Positions 40,162-49,577 of a stretch of 64,000 nt of DNA are shown here, one piece after another (the stretch's first letter is position 1; each line of letters opens with the position of its first letter). The notes under the pieces are model-generated. The model did not search any database. It had not been told where the DNA came from and saw only the letters and a program-made list of their open reading frames with translations. The position numbers and the translations under genes are program-made. This DNA is from a bacterium (GTDB taxonomy: Bacteria; Zhuqueibacterota; Zhuqueibacteria; Residuimicrobiales; Krinioviventaceae): the NCBI GenBank assembly GCA_963693055.1, contig OY843751.1, positions 3,904,001 through 3,968,000 on the forward strand, read 5' to 3'.

Positions 40162-41666
40162 CCTTTAAATTCTTTTGCTGTTATACCCAGTTTTTTCATG
40201 CGGCTTTGCAGTGTGGTAGGTTTCAAATCAAGAAGTTCAGCAGTTCCTCCGTCTCCATAGATACGTCCATTACAATGGCGCAGTGCTTTGAGTATGTGAC
40301 TGCGGGTAGCCTGCTCCAGAGTAGCAATATCGATTTCTGAATCTGCAAATTCTCGCACTTTATCTCCACGGTCGTCCGGACCAAAATGCTCAACATCAAT
40401 CACATCTCCTCTGGCAACTATGGCTGCACGTTCAAGGGCATTTTGCAACTCGCGAACATTGCCGGGCCAGGTGTATCCGCGTAAATATTCCACTGCACTA
40501 ACCGTTAACCGCAATTGACGTTCAAATTTAGAGGACAATCGCTGTAAAAAATAATTTGCCAAAAGGATCACATCATCATCCCTGTCCCGTAATGCCGGCA
40601 ATGTAATGGGAAACACATTGAGACGGTAATACAAATCCTCGCGAAAGCGTCCTTCTTTAATGGCCTGGTCGAGTTTGACATTAGTTGCACAAATGATACG
40701 CACATCCGCGGACAAGGTCTTTTCTCCACCAACACGCTCAAAGGTTTGCTCTTGCAACGCGCGTAATAGTTTGGGCTGGATCTCCATGGGCAGATCGCCA
40801 ATCTCATCTAAAAACAGAGTGCCTGTATTCGCCAGTTCAAAACGTCCTTTGCGCATGGAAACTGCACCGGTAAAAGCACCGCGTTCATGCCCAAACAGCT
40901 CACTCTCTACGAGTCCGCTTGCCAGCGCTGAACAGTTGAGCGCTACAAAGGGTCTGCCTGAGCGTGGGGACAATGCATGTACTGCCTTGGCAACCTGTTC
41001 TTTGCCAGTTCCTGTCTCGCCGGTTATGAATACCGGCGTATCCGTAGAGGCAACCACCTGTACCTGCTCCAAGACATTTATCCAGGTTCGCGAATGACCA
41101 ATCAGATCCTCCAGCGCGCGCGGTAAATCTTTGAGCAGTGTATTGCGCTCAAGCACCAGGGCATCACGCTCGGTCAGTAACGAATCCGCAGCAAGAGATT
41201 GGGCCAGCGCCAGGGCAATCAAGCGGGAAAGGATCTCAGTCAACTGAACTACCGAAGGCGTAAACATGTCGCAGGCACGATGATCAAGAGTTAGAACACC
41301 CAGGGTATTGCCCTCAACATGCAGAGGTGCAACCAGGCACGAATGCCCATCCGGTAGTTCAAGTATGTCCTCATATGTGTCCAGATGTACCTCTCCGTCA
41401 TCAGGATGGTCTTCAAACAAATGCACCCTGCCTCGTTCAATGATTTCGGCAATTTCTTGGTGCTTGTCCAGCGATAGACGATAATCTCTGAGTTTGGGGG
41501 TATTTAAGGGCCCCTGTGCCTTGCGGACACGTAAAAGTTTGTCCGATTCCAGACTCAGCACAACCGCAAGTTCGTAATTCACTACCTCGCTCAAAGCTTC
41601 AAGTACAATTTCCATCGTCCGCTCAGGACTTAATAAAGGTGTCAGAGTAGAACTGAACTCCTGCAT
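40158..41666 (-). CDS. Sigma54 enhancer-binding protein, GAF-AAA+-HTH, NorR-like
   Basis: GETGTGKE, SELFGHERGAFTGA, LFLDEIG, WPGNVREL; GAF domain has DTYE..HSC..LTLD; GAGGT RBS before ATG 41666. Confidence 0.9.
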   Translation of the reverse strand: MQEFSSTLTPLLSPERTMEIVLEALSEVVNYELAVVLSLESDKLLRVRKAQGPLNTPKLRDYRLSLDKHQEIAEIIERGRVHLFEDHPDDGEVHLDTYEDILELPDGHSCLVAPLHVEGNTLGVLTLDHRACDMFTPSVVQLTEILSRLIALALAQSLAADSLLTERDALVLERNTLLKDLPRALEDLIGHSRTWINVLEQVQVVASTDTPVFITGETGTGKEQVAKAVHALSPRSGRPFVALNCSALASGLVESELFGHERGAFTGAVSMRKGRFELANTGTLFLDEIGDLPMEIQPKLLRALQEQTFERVGGEKTLSADVRIICATNVKLDQAIKEGRFREDLYYRLNVFPITLPALRDRDDDVILLANYFLQRLSSKFERQLRLTVSAVEYLRGYTWPGNVRELQNALERAAIVARGDVIDVEHFGPDDRGDKVREFADSEIDIATLEQATRSHILKALRHCNGRIYGDGGTAELLDLKPTTLQSRMKKLGITAKEFKG

Positions 41667-41681
41667 GGTGACCTCAATCAA

Positions 41682-41713
41682 CAACGATATTTAGTTGCAA
41701 CGATATTTAGTTG
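41682..41713. promoter_or_regulatory. Putative enhancer (UAS): perfect tandem 16-mer CAACGATATTTAGTTG x2
   Basis: Each unit is a CAAC-N8-GTTG dyad; ~100-130 bp upstream of the sigma54 site. Confidence 0.7.
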
Positions 41714-41779
41714 TATATTATAACGCAATATCGGTATTTTTTGTTCCGCAAAATATTATCAGCAGCGCAAATCCAATAA

Positions 41780-41792
41780 AATCAATATATTA
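41780..41792 (+). promoter_or_regulatory. IHF-binding site
   Basis: AATCAATATATTA matches WATCAANNNNTTR; lies between UAS and promoter. Confidence 0.55.
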
Positions 41793-41808
41793 AAAGCATA
41801 GAAAATTC

Positions 41809-41824
41809 TGGCACAATCCTTGAA
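41809..41824 (+). promoter_or_regulatory. Sigma54 -24/-12 promoter of dps
   Basis: TGGCACAATCCTTGAA (GG-N10-GA) ~50 bp before the dps start. Confidence 0.75.
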
Positions 41825-41872
41825 TATAAAGATAGTAAATTAACAATAATTGATATGAAAAAGGAGAAAAAA

Positions 41873-42316
41873 ATGAACAAGGCTGAATTGATAAAAAAAA
41901 TGAATGTACTATTAGCTGATTTACAGGTTGAATATGTCAAATTGCACAATTATCACTGGAATGTCAAAGGTCAACTGTTCTTTAGCATCCATAATGTAAC
42001 CGAAGAGTATTATGAATACATGACCGGTCAATATGACGAGGTCGCTGAGCGCATCTTACAGTTGGGTGGAAAGCCGCTTGCAACCATGGCAGAATATCTT
42101 GAAAACGCAAACCTGAAAGAAGAGAGCAATAACGAATTCAATGCTGGACAAGTGATTGAGGCACTGTTGAGCGATTTCAGTTCCCTGCTTGAATCTTTTA
42201 AATCCGTTTCAGAGGCAGCCGGAGAAGCCGGTGATGTTTCAACCGCCAACATTGCGGATGATAACATCCAGTGGTTTGAAAAAGCAATCTGGATGCTCAA
42301 AGCACACCAAAGTTAA
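41873..42316 (+). CDS. dps: Dps (mini-ferritin)
   Basis: KLHNYHWNVKG..FFSIH..E..DEVAERILQLGG ferroxidase signature; AAGGAG RBS. Confidence 0.93.
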   Translation: MNKAELIKKMNVLLADLQVEYVKLHNYHWNVKGQLFFSIHNVTEEYYEYMTGQYDEVAERILQLGGKPLATMAEYLENANLKEESNNEFNAGQVIEALLSDFSSLLESFKSVSEAAGEAGDVSTANIADDNIQWFEKAIWMLKAHQS

Positions 42317-42321
42317 TATTC

Positions 42322-42349
42322 AAGCCCGCTCTTTTGAGCGGGCTTTTCT
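42322..42349 (+). terminator. Intrinsic terminator of dps
   Basis: AAGCCCGCTC-TTTT-GAGCGGGCTTTTCT. Confidence 0.8.
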
Positions 42350-42587
42350 CATCTTCCCCCAAATTACATTTTAAAGTTACCCCAAATTTTTATTCAATCT
42401 TTTTTAACACTAAAAATAATTCCAAATCCTTGTTTTATAAGAATTTTCAAACCAGGTAAAATAAATTCCTGTTCTTTTAAGAAACTTGACTTGTATTATT
42501 ACTAAATTTTTACTATATTAGTTTAACAACTCCGAGACAAATCCCAATTACAATTTTAATTTTTTAATTTAACACAGAACGATTACT

Positions 42588-44027
42588 ATGTTATTTAATT
42601 CTGTGCAGTTTCTTATATTTTTTCCACTATCGGTGGCATTCTATTTCAGTACACCTGCCAAATACCGATGGACAATTTTACTGGCAGCCAGCTACTATTT
42701 TTACATGTCATGGAGGCCTGAATACGCGATCCTGATTCTTGGCTCGACTATAGTGGACTATATTGCCGCTATAAAAATGAGCAATTATGCGGACAAAAAA
42801 AAGCGTACGCTCATATTGATGTTCAGCCTGATCACCAACCTGGGCTTGCTGTTTACATTTAAATACTTGAATTTCTTTAGTGATTCTTTTTACAATATAT
42901 TCAAGTTATTTAACCACAATGCTACACCTTTTGAGCTCAATGTATTACTACCGGTTGGTATTTCCTTTTATACATTTCAAACCCTGAGCTATACCATTGA
43001 TGTCTATCGTGGGGACCGCGAGCCTGAACGTCATTTTGGGATATTTGCGGTGTATGTATCTTTTTTTCCCCAATTGGTTGCCGGACCTATTGAACGGTCC
43101 ACAACACTTTTACCCCAGTTTCACAAAACTTTTGAACCCCGGTACGATAATATGAAATACGGATTGCAGCTTGCTGCATGGGGTATGTTTAAAAAAGTGG
43201 TCATTGCAGATCGATTGGCATTGTTTGTAAACCAGGCCTACTCCCTGCCCAATAATTACACAGGGTTTGACACTTTACTGGCAACCTATTTTTTCGCTTT
43301 TCAAATTTATTGTGACTTTTCAGGTTATTCGGATATTGCTATTGGCGTTGCGCGTGTTTTCGGCTACAAGTTTATGAAAAATTTTGATCGTCCCTATTTC
43401 TCACAATCTATTCACGAATTCTGGAAACGTTGGCACATCTCACTTTCCAGTTGGTTCAGAGACTATTTGTACATTCCCCTTGGAGGTAACCGGGTTTCAA
43501 AAAACAGACTGCATTTCAACACAATGGCTGTCTTTTTAACAAGTGGGTTGTGGCATGGCGCCAACTGGACATTTGTAGTGTGGGGGGGCTTGCATGGAAT
43601 ATTTTTAATCTTTGAAAAATGGAGCCAAAAAACCAGGGGAAAAATATATGCACTCACCGGAATTAACAAAATTTCTCATTTGCAACAATTTATCAATATC
43701 ATAATTACTTTTCACCTGGTCTTGTTTTCATGGGTATTCTTTAGAGCCCAATCCCTTGGCTTTGTATTTATGATTTTTAAAAAAATTGCCAAATCAATTA
43801 TTTACTTTAATCCCAACAAATTGTTTGTACATCCAATAAGCCCGATTTATTTCTTTGTTATCTTTTTACTCATCATTGTGGAAATTTTACAAAGCCATTA
43901 TCGGTTGCGTGAAACCATTGCCAGATTTCCGGCATGGCTTCGCTGGACAATCTATTATGTTGGTTTGTTTTCTTTGTATTACCTGGGTGAATTTAACGAA
44001 CAGGAATTTATCTATTTTCAATTTTAA
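42588..44027 (+). CDS. MBOAT O-acyltransferase, copy 2
   Basis: Same motifs and same length (479 aa) as copy 1. Confidence 0.93.
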   Translation: MLFNSVQFLIFFPLSVAFYFSTPAKYRWTILLAASYYFYMSWRPEYAILILGSTIVDYIAAIKMSNYADKKKRTLILMFSLITNLGLLFTFKYLNFFSDSFYNIFKLFNHNATPFELNVLLPVGISFYTFQTLSYTIDVYRGDREPERHFGIFAVYVSFFPQLVAGPIERSTTLLPQFHKTFEPRYDNMKYGLQLAAWGMFKKVVIADRLALFVNQAYSLPNNYTGFDTLLATYFFAFQIYCDFSGYSDIAIGVARVFGYKFMKNFDRPYFSQSIHEFWKRWHISLSSWFRDYLYIPLGGNRVSKNRLHFNTMAVFLTSGLWHGANWTFVVWGGLHGIFLIFEKWSQKTRGKIYALTGINKISHLQQFINIIITFHLVLFSWVFFRAQSLGFVFMIFKKIAKSIIYFNPNKLFVHPISPIYFFVIFLLIIVEILQSHYRLRETIARFPAWLRWTIYYVGLFSLYYLGEFNEQEFIYFQF

Positions 44028-44030
44028 ATT

Positions 44031-45059
44031 ATGAAAAAAATAATAATAAAACTTTTATTCTTTATACCCGTGATCATCATTATTATCACGCCTATTATTA
44101 TAGTTGATCCATTACACTTGTTTGGATATGACCATGGATTAAACACAAAATGTTTTTATGACCAACGGTTGGTTAAAGCCAATATACTTCAATATGAGAA
44201 TCCGGATTATAATGCTATCATCATTGGCAGCAGCCGGACCCGGTATATGGGAAATATGCAAATTGGCAAGTATAAAATACTCAACATTAGCCTAGAAGGC
44301 CTGGGACTTGAAGACTTTCAGGGATTTATGGATCTTGCCAGAGATAATGCGCCAGATTCGCTTGATTGTGTTATTGTTGCTTTGGATATGTTTGGCGTCA
44401 ATATAAACCGCCAAAGCCGGAATCAGTTTAAAACTACAGACGAATACCTGCAAGATTCCCAAGACTTTTCTTATCTTGCCGGTATCATGATCAGTCCAAA
44501 GAGCTTTAAATACAGTGTGAAATATTTATCAAATTATATTTTTAACGGACGGGATGCAGTAAAATCATGGACTGAGCTCAATGTACCTGCTCCCCCAAAC
44601 AAAAAATGGCACCTCAAACGCATAAACAAAGCCTTTGCCGGTTGGGAGTTTGATGAAAAAAGTATAGCAATACTTGAAAAAATGAAAAACGATTATAAAG
44701 ACTATAACATAATATACATTGTAAATCCGGTTTCTGTTGAAATGTTACAAATCATTGAAAAACAGAATCGTACAACCGATTTCTTGAACTGGCTGCGCAT
44801 GCTTGCACAAAAACTGGATGGATATTATAATTTTATGGATATTACCCCATTAACAACAACTCCAAACAAATGGCGAGACATTAGTCACGCCTTGCCCGAT
44901 TCCATGAAACAACAAATTCAGTCAGTTGTATTAAATGAAACTGACAATCCCAATTTCACATTTATCACCAGTCAAAATGTTGATAGTATTTTGACCTGCA
45001 TCCAAAACAGAATTGATGAATTTGATTACTCACAAAAAGGATATCATGTAAAGTATTGA
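44031..45059 (+). CDS. Membrane-anchored SGNH-like partner of MBOAT, copy 2
   Basis: IIGSSR, RDISH; collinear with 38545-39600. Confidence 0.7.
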   Translation: MKKIIIKLLFFIPVIIIIITPIIIVDPLHLFGYDHGLNTKCFYDQRLVKANILQYENPDYNAIIIGSSRTRYMGNMQIGKYKILNISLEGLGLEDFQGFMDLARDNAPDSLDCVIVALDMFGVNINRQSRNQFKTTDEYLQDSQDFSYLAGIMISPKSFKYSVKYLSNYIFNGRDAVKSWTELNVPAPPNKKWHLKRINKAFAGWEFDEKSIAILEKMKNDYKDYNIIYIVNPVSVEMLQIIEKQNRTTDFLNWLRMLAQKLDGYYNFMDITPLTTTPNKWRDISHALPDSMKQQIQSVVLNETDNPNFTFITSQNVDSILTCIQNRIDEFDYSQKGYHVKY

Positions 45060-45118
45060 GTATCTCTGTTTTTTGCTAAATCAATATTTTTTCAAACATC
45101 TTAAAACTATCTATACTA

Positions 45119-45163
45119 ACAAAAAGAGGCCCGAACGATAATCATCCGGACCTCTTTTTTTTT
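45119..45163. terminator. Bidirectional terminator
   Basis: AAAAAGAGG...CCTCTTTTTTTTT between convergent genes. Confidence 0.6.
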
Positions 45164-45183
45164 GGAGTGTAATTGGGTATTTA

Positions 45184-45573
45184 TTACAGGGATTCTATAA
45201 CATTTTTCAATTTCTGTTGTATTGTGGTTGCCACCTCGGCCAGGCTTTCATTCTTGACAGCCTGCATTGACGCTGCCGGGTCAACAGCAGTGACTTCAGT
45301 CTTGCCACCATCCGCATCCTGTACAATCACATTACAGGGCAACATGGCTCCAATCATTCTTTCGGTCTGTAGCGCTTTATAAGCATTAGGGGGATTGCAA
45401 GCACCCAGGATCTTGTACTTGCGAAAATCTACATCCAGTTTATTTTTCAAAGTGGCCTGAACATCAATTTCAGTTAAAACACCAAAACCTTCGGTTTTCA
45501 ACTGTTCTGTTACATATTCAACTGCCTCATCAAAAGGCTTGTCAATTACTTTAGTATAATAATAACTCATCAT
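45184..45573 (-). CDS. DUF302-family protein
   Basis: GFGVLTEIDVQATLK..YKILGACNP..MLPCNV. Confidence 0.88.
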   Translation of the reverse strand: MMSYYYTKVIDKPFDEAVEYVTEQLKTEGFGVLTEIDVQATLKNKLDVDFRKYKILGACNPPNAYKALQTERMIGAMLPCNVIVQDADGGKTEVTAVDPAASMQAVKNESLAEVATTIQQKLKNVIESL

Positions 45574-45741
45574 GTTCTCCCAAAATTATTTCATCCGATA
45601 ATTATACCGGATTTGTTACCTCTATACATTGGATGCCGCAAAGAACGTTTGGGTTCAAAAATTCAAACATCTTTTTTATCTAGTATAATTTTTTTTTACA
45701 TTCTTTACAAAATTTCAGACTTTTTTTAAAATATCATTCAT

Positions 45742-47628
45742 TTATTCAGGTACAACATTTATAGTAATTAAAGAAGAATATTGACTGCATCTAAAAATAC
45801 GCTGTACAGATTTTTGAAAATCATTCGATTCCGCTTTATTAATATTACAAAATTTTTGTGGATTAATATCAAAAAGTGGAAACCATGTACTCTGGATTTG
45901 TACCATGATCCGATGACCCTTTAAAAAACGATGATTTATATCAGGCAGTTCAAACTTGACTCTTGTTATCTGGTCTGGAACAAAAGGTTGTGGATCTTTA
46001 AAGCTGCTTCTGAATTTGCCTCGCATTATTTCACCTCTTACCAACATCTGGTATCCTCCCATATGCGTTCCGGATGGAAGCTCTTCAGGATCACGAGTTG
46101 AATCAGGAAAAACATCAACAAGCTTAACAATCCAGTCCGAATCCGTTCCAGATGTTGAAACATACAAATCAGCGACAATAGGTCCTGATACAACCATATC
46201 TTTATCCAGCTCTTGACTAGAATAAAACAAAACATCCGGGCGCCTTGCAGCAAACCTTTGATCTTCAACCATATAGGTTTTAGGAACCCGATTTGTTATT
46301 TCTTGTGTAAAAGGAACCGGTTTTTGAGGGTCGCTTATATATTCATCAAAACCATTCAAATTAGAACCAACCGGTTTTTGCATAACCAACTTGTTATTAG
46401 ATTCAAGATAGAGTGTTTTTTTAACTATATTCTCAGGTGGCCAGTTATTGTAAAATTTCCATATATTGGATCCGGTTTCAAAAGCGGTAACCTTTTGCAA
46501 TTCTTTTAAATCACCTTTTCCTTTTAAATAATAATTAAAAAAGGGTAATTCAATTTCTTTTTGAAAAAAACCCCCTGCTTTTGTTTTGAAATCAAAAATT
46601 CCCAAAGATGTATCTCCGGTATTGGACCAATTGCCATGTGTCCAGGGCCCCATAACAAAATAACATTCTACATTCCGGTTTTGATTTTTGATATGATAAA
46701 AAGTTTGCAATGTTCCCAGCAAATCTTCTGCATCATACCATCCTCCGGCAACTAAAACAGCAGGAGAAATCCCTTTCAAATGGGGATATATGGATCGCTC
46801 CTGCCAAAACGTATCATAGGTATCATGTTCAAGAACCTGCTGCCACCATTCATTATTTTTAAAATAATTCAGAATATTTCCAACTGGTCCCATTTTCATA
46901 AAAAAGGAATATGCATCGGGTTCAGGAAATTGAAAACCAGAAGGTTTAGACTGCTCTAATCCAGATCGTGGTGTTCCCATACTTCCGAAAAAAGTAAAGG
47001 CATGATTTAAATAGAGAGCACCATAATGATGGCCATCATCTCCCAAAAATAAATCGGACATGGGTGCCTGTGGTGAAACGGCAACAAGAGCCGGATGAGA
47101 ATTTACAAGCGACATGGCAGCATAAAATCCAGGGTAAGAGGTCCCATATATTCCAACTTTACCATTGTGATTAGGAATGTTTTCGAGTAACCATTCTATA
47201 GTATCATAAGCATCTGTTGATTCATCCGCAACCAAATCATTATTACTGATTGGACGCATATTTTCAAACGTACCTTCTGACATGTAACGACCACGAACAT
47301 CCTGAAAAACAAAAATAAACTTTTCTTGTGCAAAATGCATTGAAGGGCCTAACATTGTATCATAAGCTTCTCCATAAGGCTTTATGCTATAAGGGGTTCT
47401 TTCAAATAAAATAGGATATTTTTGATCAAGATTATTAGGTAAGTAGACTTGGGTGAATAAGGTTTTCCCATCCCGCATAGGTATTCGATATTCATTTTTA
47501 GTATAATTTTCATGAATAAATTCAGCCAATTCACTTTTGACAGAATCTGCGAGAACTGATGTACTGATTAAAATCAAAGTAATTAAATTAAGTAAAACTT
47601 TATTTAAAAGACGAATAGCACAGAACAC
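45742..47628 (-). CDS. CocE/NonD-family serine hydrolase (alpha-amino acid ester hydrolase-like)
   Basis: IPMRDG, RTPY, QDVRGRYMSEG, GTSYPG, GWYDAED, GPWTHG. Confidence 0.9.
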   Translation of the reverse strand: MFCAIRLLNKVLLNLITLILISTSVLADSVKSELAEFIHENYTKNEYRIPMRDGKTLFTQVYLPNNLDQKYPILFERTPYSIKPYGEAYDTMLGPSMHFAQEKFIFVFQDVRGRYMSEGTFENMRPISNNDLVADESTDAYDTIEWLLENIPNHNGKVGIYGTSYPGFYAAMSLVNSHPALVAVSPQAPMSDLFLGDDGHHYGALYLNHAFTFFGSMGTPRSGLEQSKPSGFQFPEPDAYSFFMKMGPVGNILNYFKNNEWWQQVLEHDTYDTFWQERSIYPHLKGISPAVLVAGGWYDAEDLLGTLQTFYHIKNQNRNVECYFVMGPWTHGNWSNTGDTSLGIFDFKTKAGGFFQKEIELPFFNYYLKGKGDLKELQKVTAFETGSNIWKFYNNWPPENIVKKTLYLESNNKLVMQKPVGSNLNGFDEYISDPQKPVPFTQEITNRVPKTYMVEDQRFAARRPDVLFYSSQELDKDMVVSGPIVADLYVSTSGTDSDWIVKLVDVFPDSTRDPEELPSGTHMGGYQMLVRGEIMRGKFRSSFKDPQPFVPDQITRVKFELPDINHRFLKGHRIMVQIQSTWFPLFDINPQKFCNINKAESNDFQKSVQRIFRCSQYSSLITINVVPE

Positions 47629-47893
47629 AAAACCTCCAATTTTTTACATCAAATATAATAACAAGAATTAAAAAAGCCAGGATAATATTTCATTAAAACA
47701 AACTGAAAAAAACAAACCCTGCTTTTACCAATATTGGGCTAGTGGATTATAAAATCGAATTTAAATCATGGCAACTCAAACTTGAAATCTGAATCTTGGC
47801 AGAAATTTACGGGGAATTGCTTTAATGGTACAGCAAATTATGCACGTATAACGGGTGGGAACCACATGTCAAATCAGATATCACTGTCAATGC

Positions 47894-48055
47894 TTACCAA
47901 CGATTTATCTGTTCATATTTGCGTACCTTTCTCAATCCCTCGCGAGTAAAGTTCGCCTGTAAATCCCTGCGGTCCTCCCCAAACAGGTCCCGATATACCC
48001 GGTACTGTATGGAGACATCGCCACCCAAGAGCCAGGTAATTACATCAGATATCAT
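47894..48055 (-). pseudogene. Truncated 5' fragment of a prenyltransferase/cyclase-like hypothetical gene (tentative)
   Basis: Manual translation MISDVITWLLGGDVSIQYRVYRDLFGEDRRDLQ..EG, then early stop (53 aa). Confidence 0.4.
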
Positions 48056-48254
48056 AGAATATACCTTTAGTACAATATCCTTTTATATATACAAAGGTAT
48101 AGAATGAAATTCAAGAGAAAATTTATCAATCGATTGAAACCTCCTCTCCATTTAAACGTATGTATTATATTACCCCGGCGTATGGAATGACTACCCAAAT
48201 TTTGTTGTTCCATAATTCATATCAAATCGACCTCAACCCATGCATGGAGGATGT

Positions 48255-49577
48255 ATGAAGCTTTTGAAAACCTTTCTGCTTGTATTGCTGACAGTTTCCG
48301 CTGTTACCGCAATGACGCAGGAAAAAGACATTCAAACCTTTACTCTGGACAATGGAATGAAATTCATTGTTCTGGAAGATCACGACATTCCAAACGCAAC
48401 ATTTTATATCTTTTGGAAAGTAGGGTCCCGTAACGAGGTGCCGGGCATTACCGGACTGTCCCACTTTTTTGAGCACATGATGTTCCTGGGCTCTGAAAAT
48501 TACGGTCCCGGTGAGTTTGACCGCGTCATGGAAGCCAATGGCGGCGCAAACAATGCCTATACTACCGAAGATGTTACCGTGTATATGGAATGGTTTCCCG
48601 CCCAGGCGCTTGAAACCATTTTCACGCTTGAAAGCGATCGTGTTGGCAAACTCGAATTCAATGACGAACGCATTGAGAGCGAACGCGCGGTTGTAACTTC
48701 CGAGCGCGTCACCCGTCTCGAAAACAGCAATTTTTCGCGATTAAACAGCACAGTCAAACCCACAGCCATGAGCGCGCATCCTTACAGATGGCCGGTCATT
48801 GGTCACGAGTCTGACATACGCAACTGGGTAAAATCTGATCTGCAAAACTATTTCAAAACCTATTATGCACCCAACAATGGCGTTGCGGTAGTAGTTGGTG
48901 ATTTGGGACTCGAAAAAGTCAAAAAGCTGGCTCAGGAATACTTTGGGCCCATACCCGCGCAGGAACCCGCACGCCCCATTCATACGGTTGAACCTGAACA
49001 AAACGGAGAGAAACGGGTAATTGAGCACAAGGAGGTATCTACTCCCAATTTGATGATGGTGCATCATGTTCCCAATGCAAAACATGAGGACTATTACGCG
49101 TTGGACATGCTGCAGGCTATATTGTCGGATGGTCGTTCATCCCGACTGTACAGCAGTCTGGTGGACCAACAGCAAAAAGCGGTTGAAATTTTCAGCTATT
49201 ATCCCACTTCGTTTGATCCTTTTCTGTTTTACATTTATGGTGTATGTAATCAGGATGTGTCAGAATCCGAGTTGGAAACTGCTATCCTTGACGAGCTCGA
49301 AATGATCAAAACCGATGGTGTAACCGAGCAGGAACTGCAAAAAATCAAAAACCGCAAACTGGTTTCATTCTATAAAAACATGGCAACGATTGACGGTAAA
49401 GCCTCTACCATTGGAGATTACGAGATTTATTTCGGGGACTATAAAAAATTGTTTAGCGCCCCCAAAGCGTATCAGGCAGTGACCGTCGACGATATCAAAC
49501 GCGTAGCCAATACCTATTTCACCAAAAGTAACCGTACCGTGGGCATTTTAATACCGGCAGAGGAGGACCCGTTATGA
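48255..49577 (+). CDS. M16 zinc peptidase, catalytic subunit
   Basis: GGAGG RBS, signal peptide, GLSHFFEHMMF (HxxEH), NAYT. Confidence 0.92.
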   Translation: MKLLKTFLLVLLTVSAVTAMTQEKDIQTFTLDNGMKFIVLEDHDIPNATFYIFWKVGSRNEVPGITGLSHFFEHMMFLGSENYGPGEFDRVMEANGGANNAYTTEDVTVYMEWFPAQALETIFTLESDRVGKLEFNDERIESERAVVTSERVTRLENSNFSRLNSTVKPTAMSAHPYRWPVIGHESDIRNWVKSDLQNYFKTYYAPNNGVAVVVGDLGLEKVKKLAQEYFGPIPAQEPARPIHTVEPEQNGEKRVIEHKEVSTPNLMMVHHVPNAKHEDYYALDMLQAILSDGRSSRLYSSLVDQQQKAVEIFSYYPTSFDPFLFYIYGVCNQDVSESELETAILDELEMIKTDGVTEQELQKIKNRKLVSFYKNMATIDGKASTIGDYEIYFGDYKKLFSAPKAYQAVTVDDIKRVANTYFTKSNRTVGILIPAEEDPL

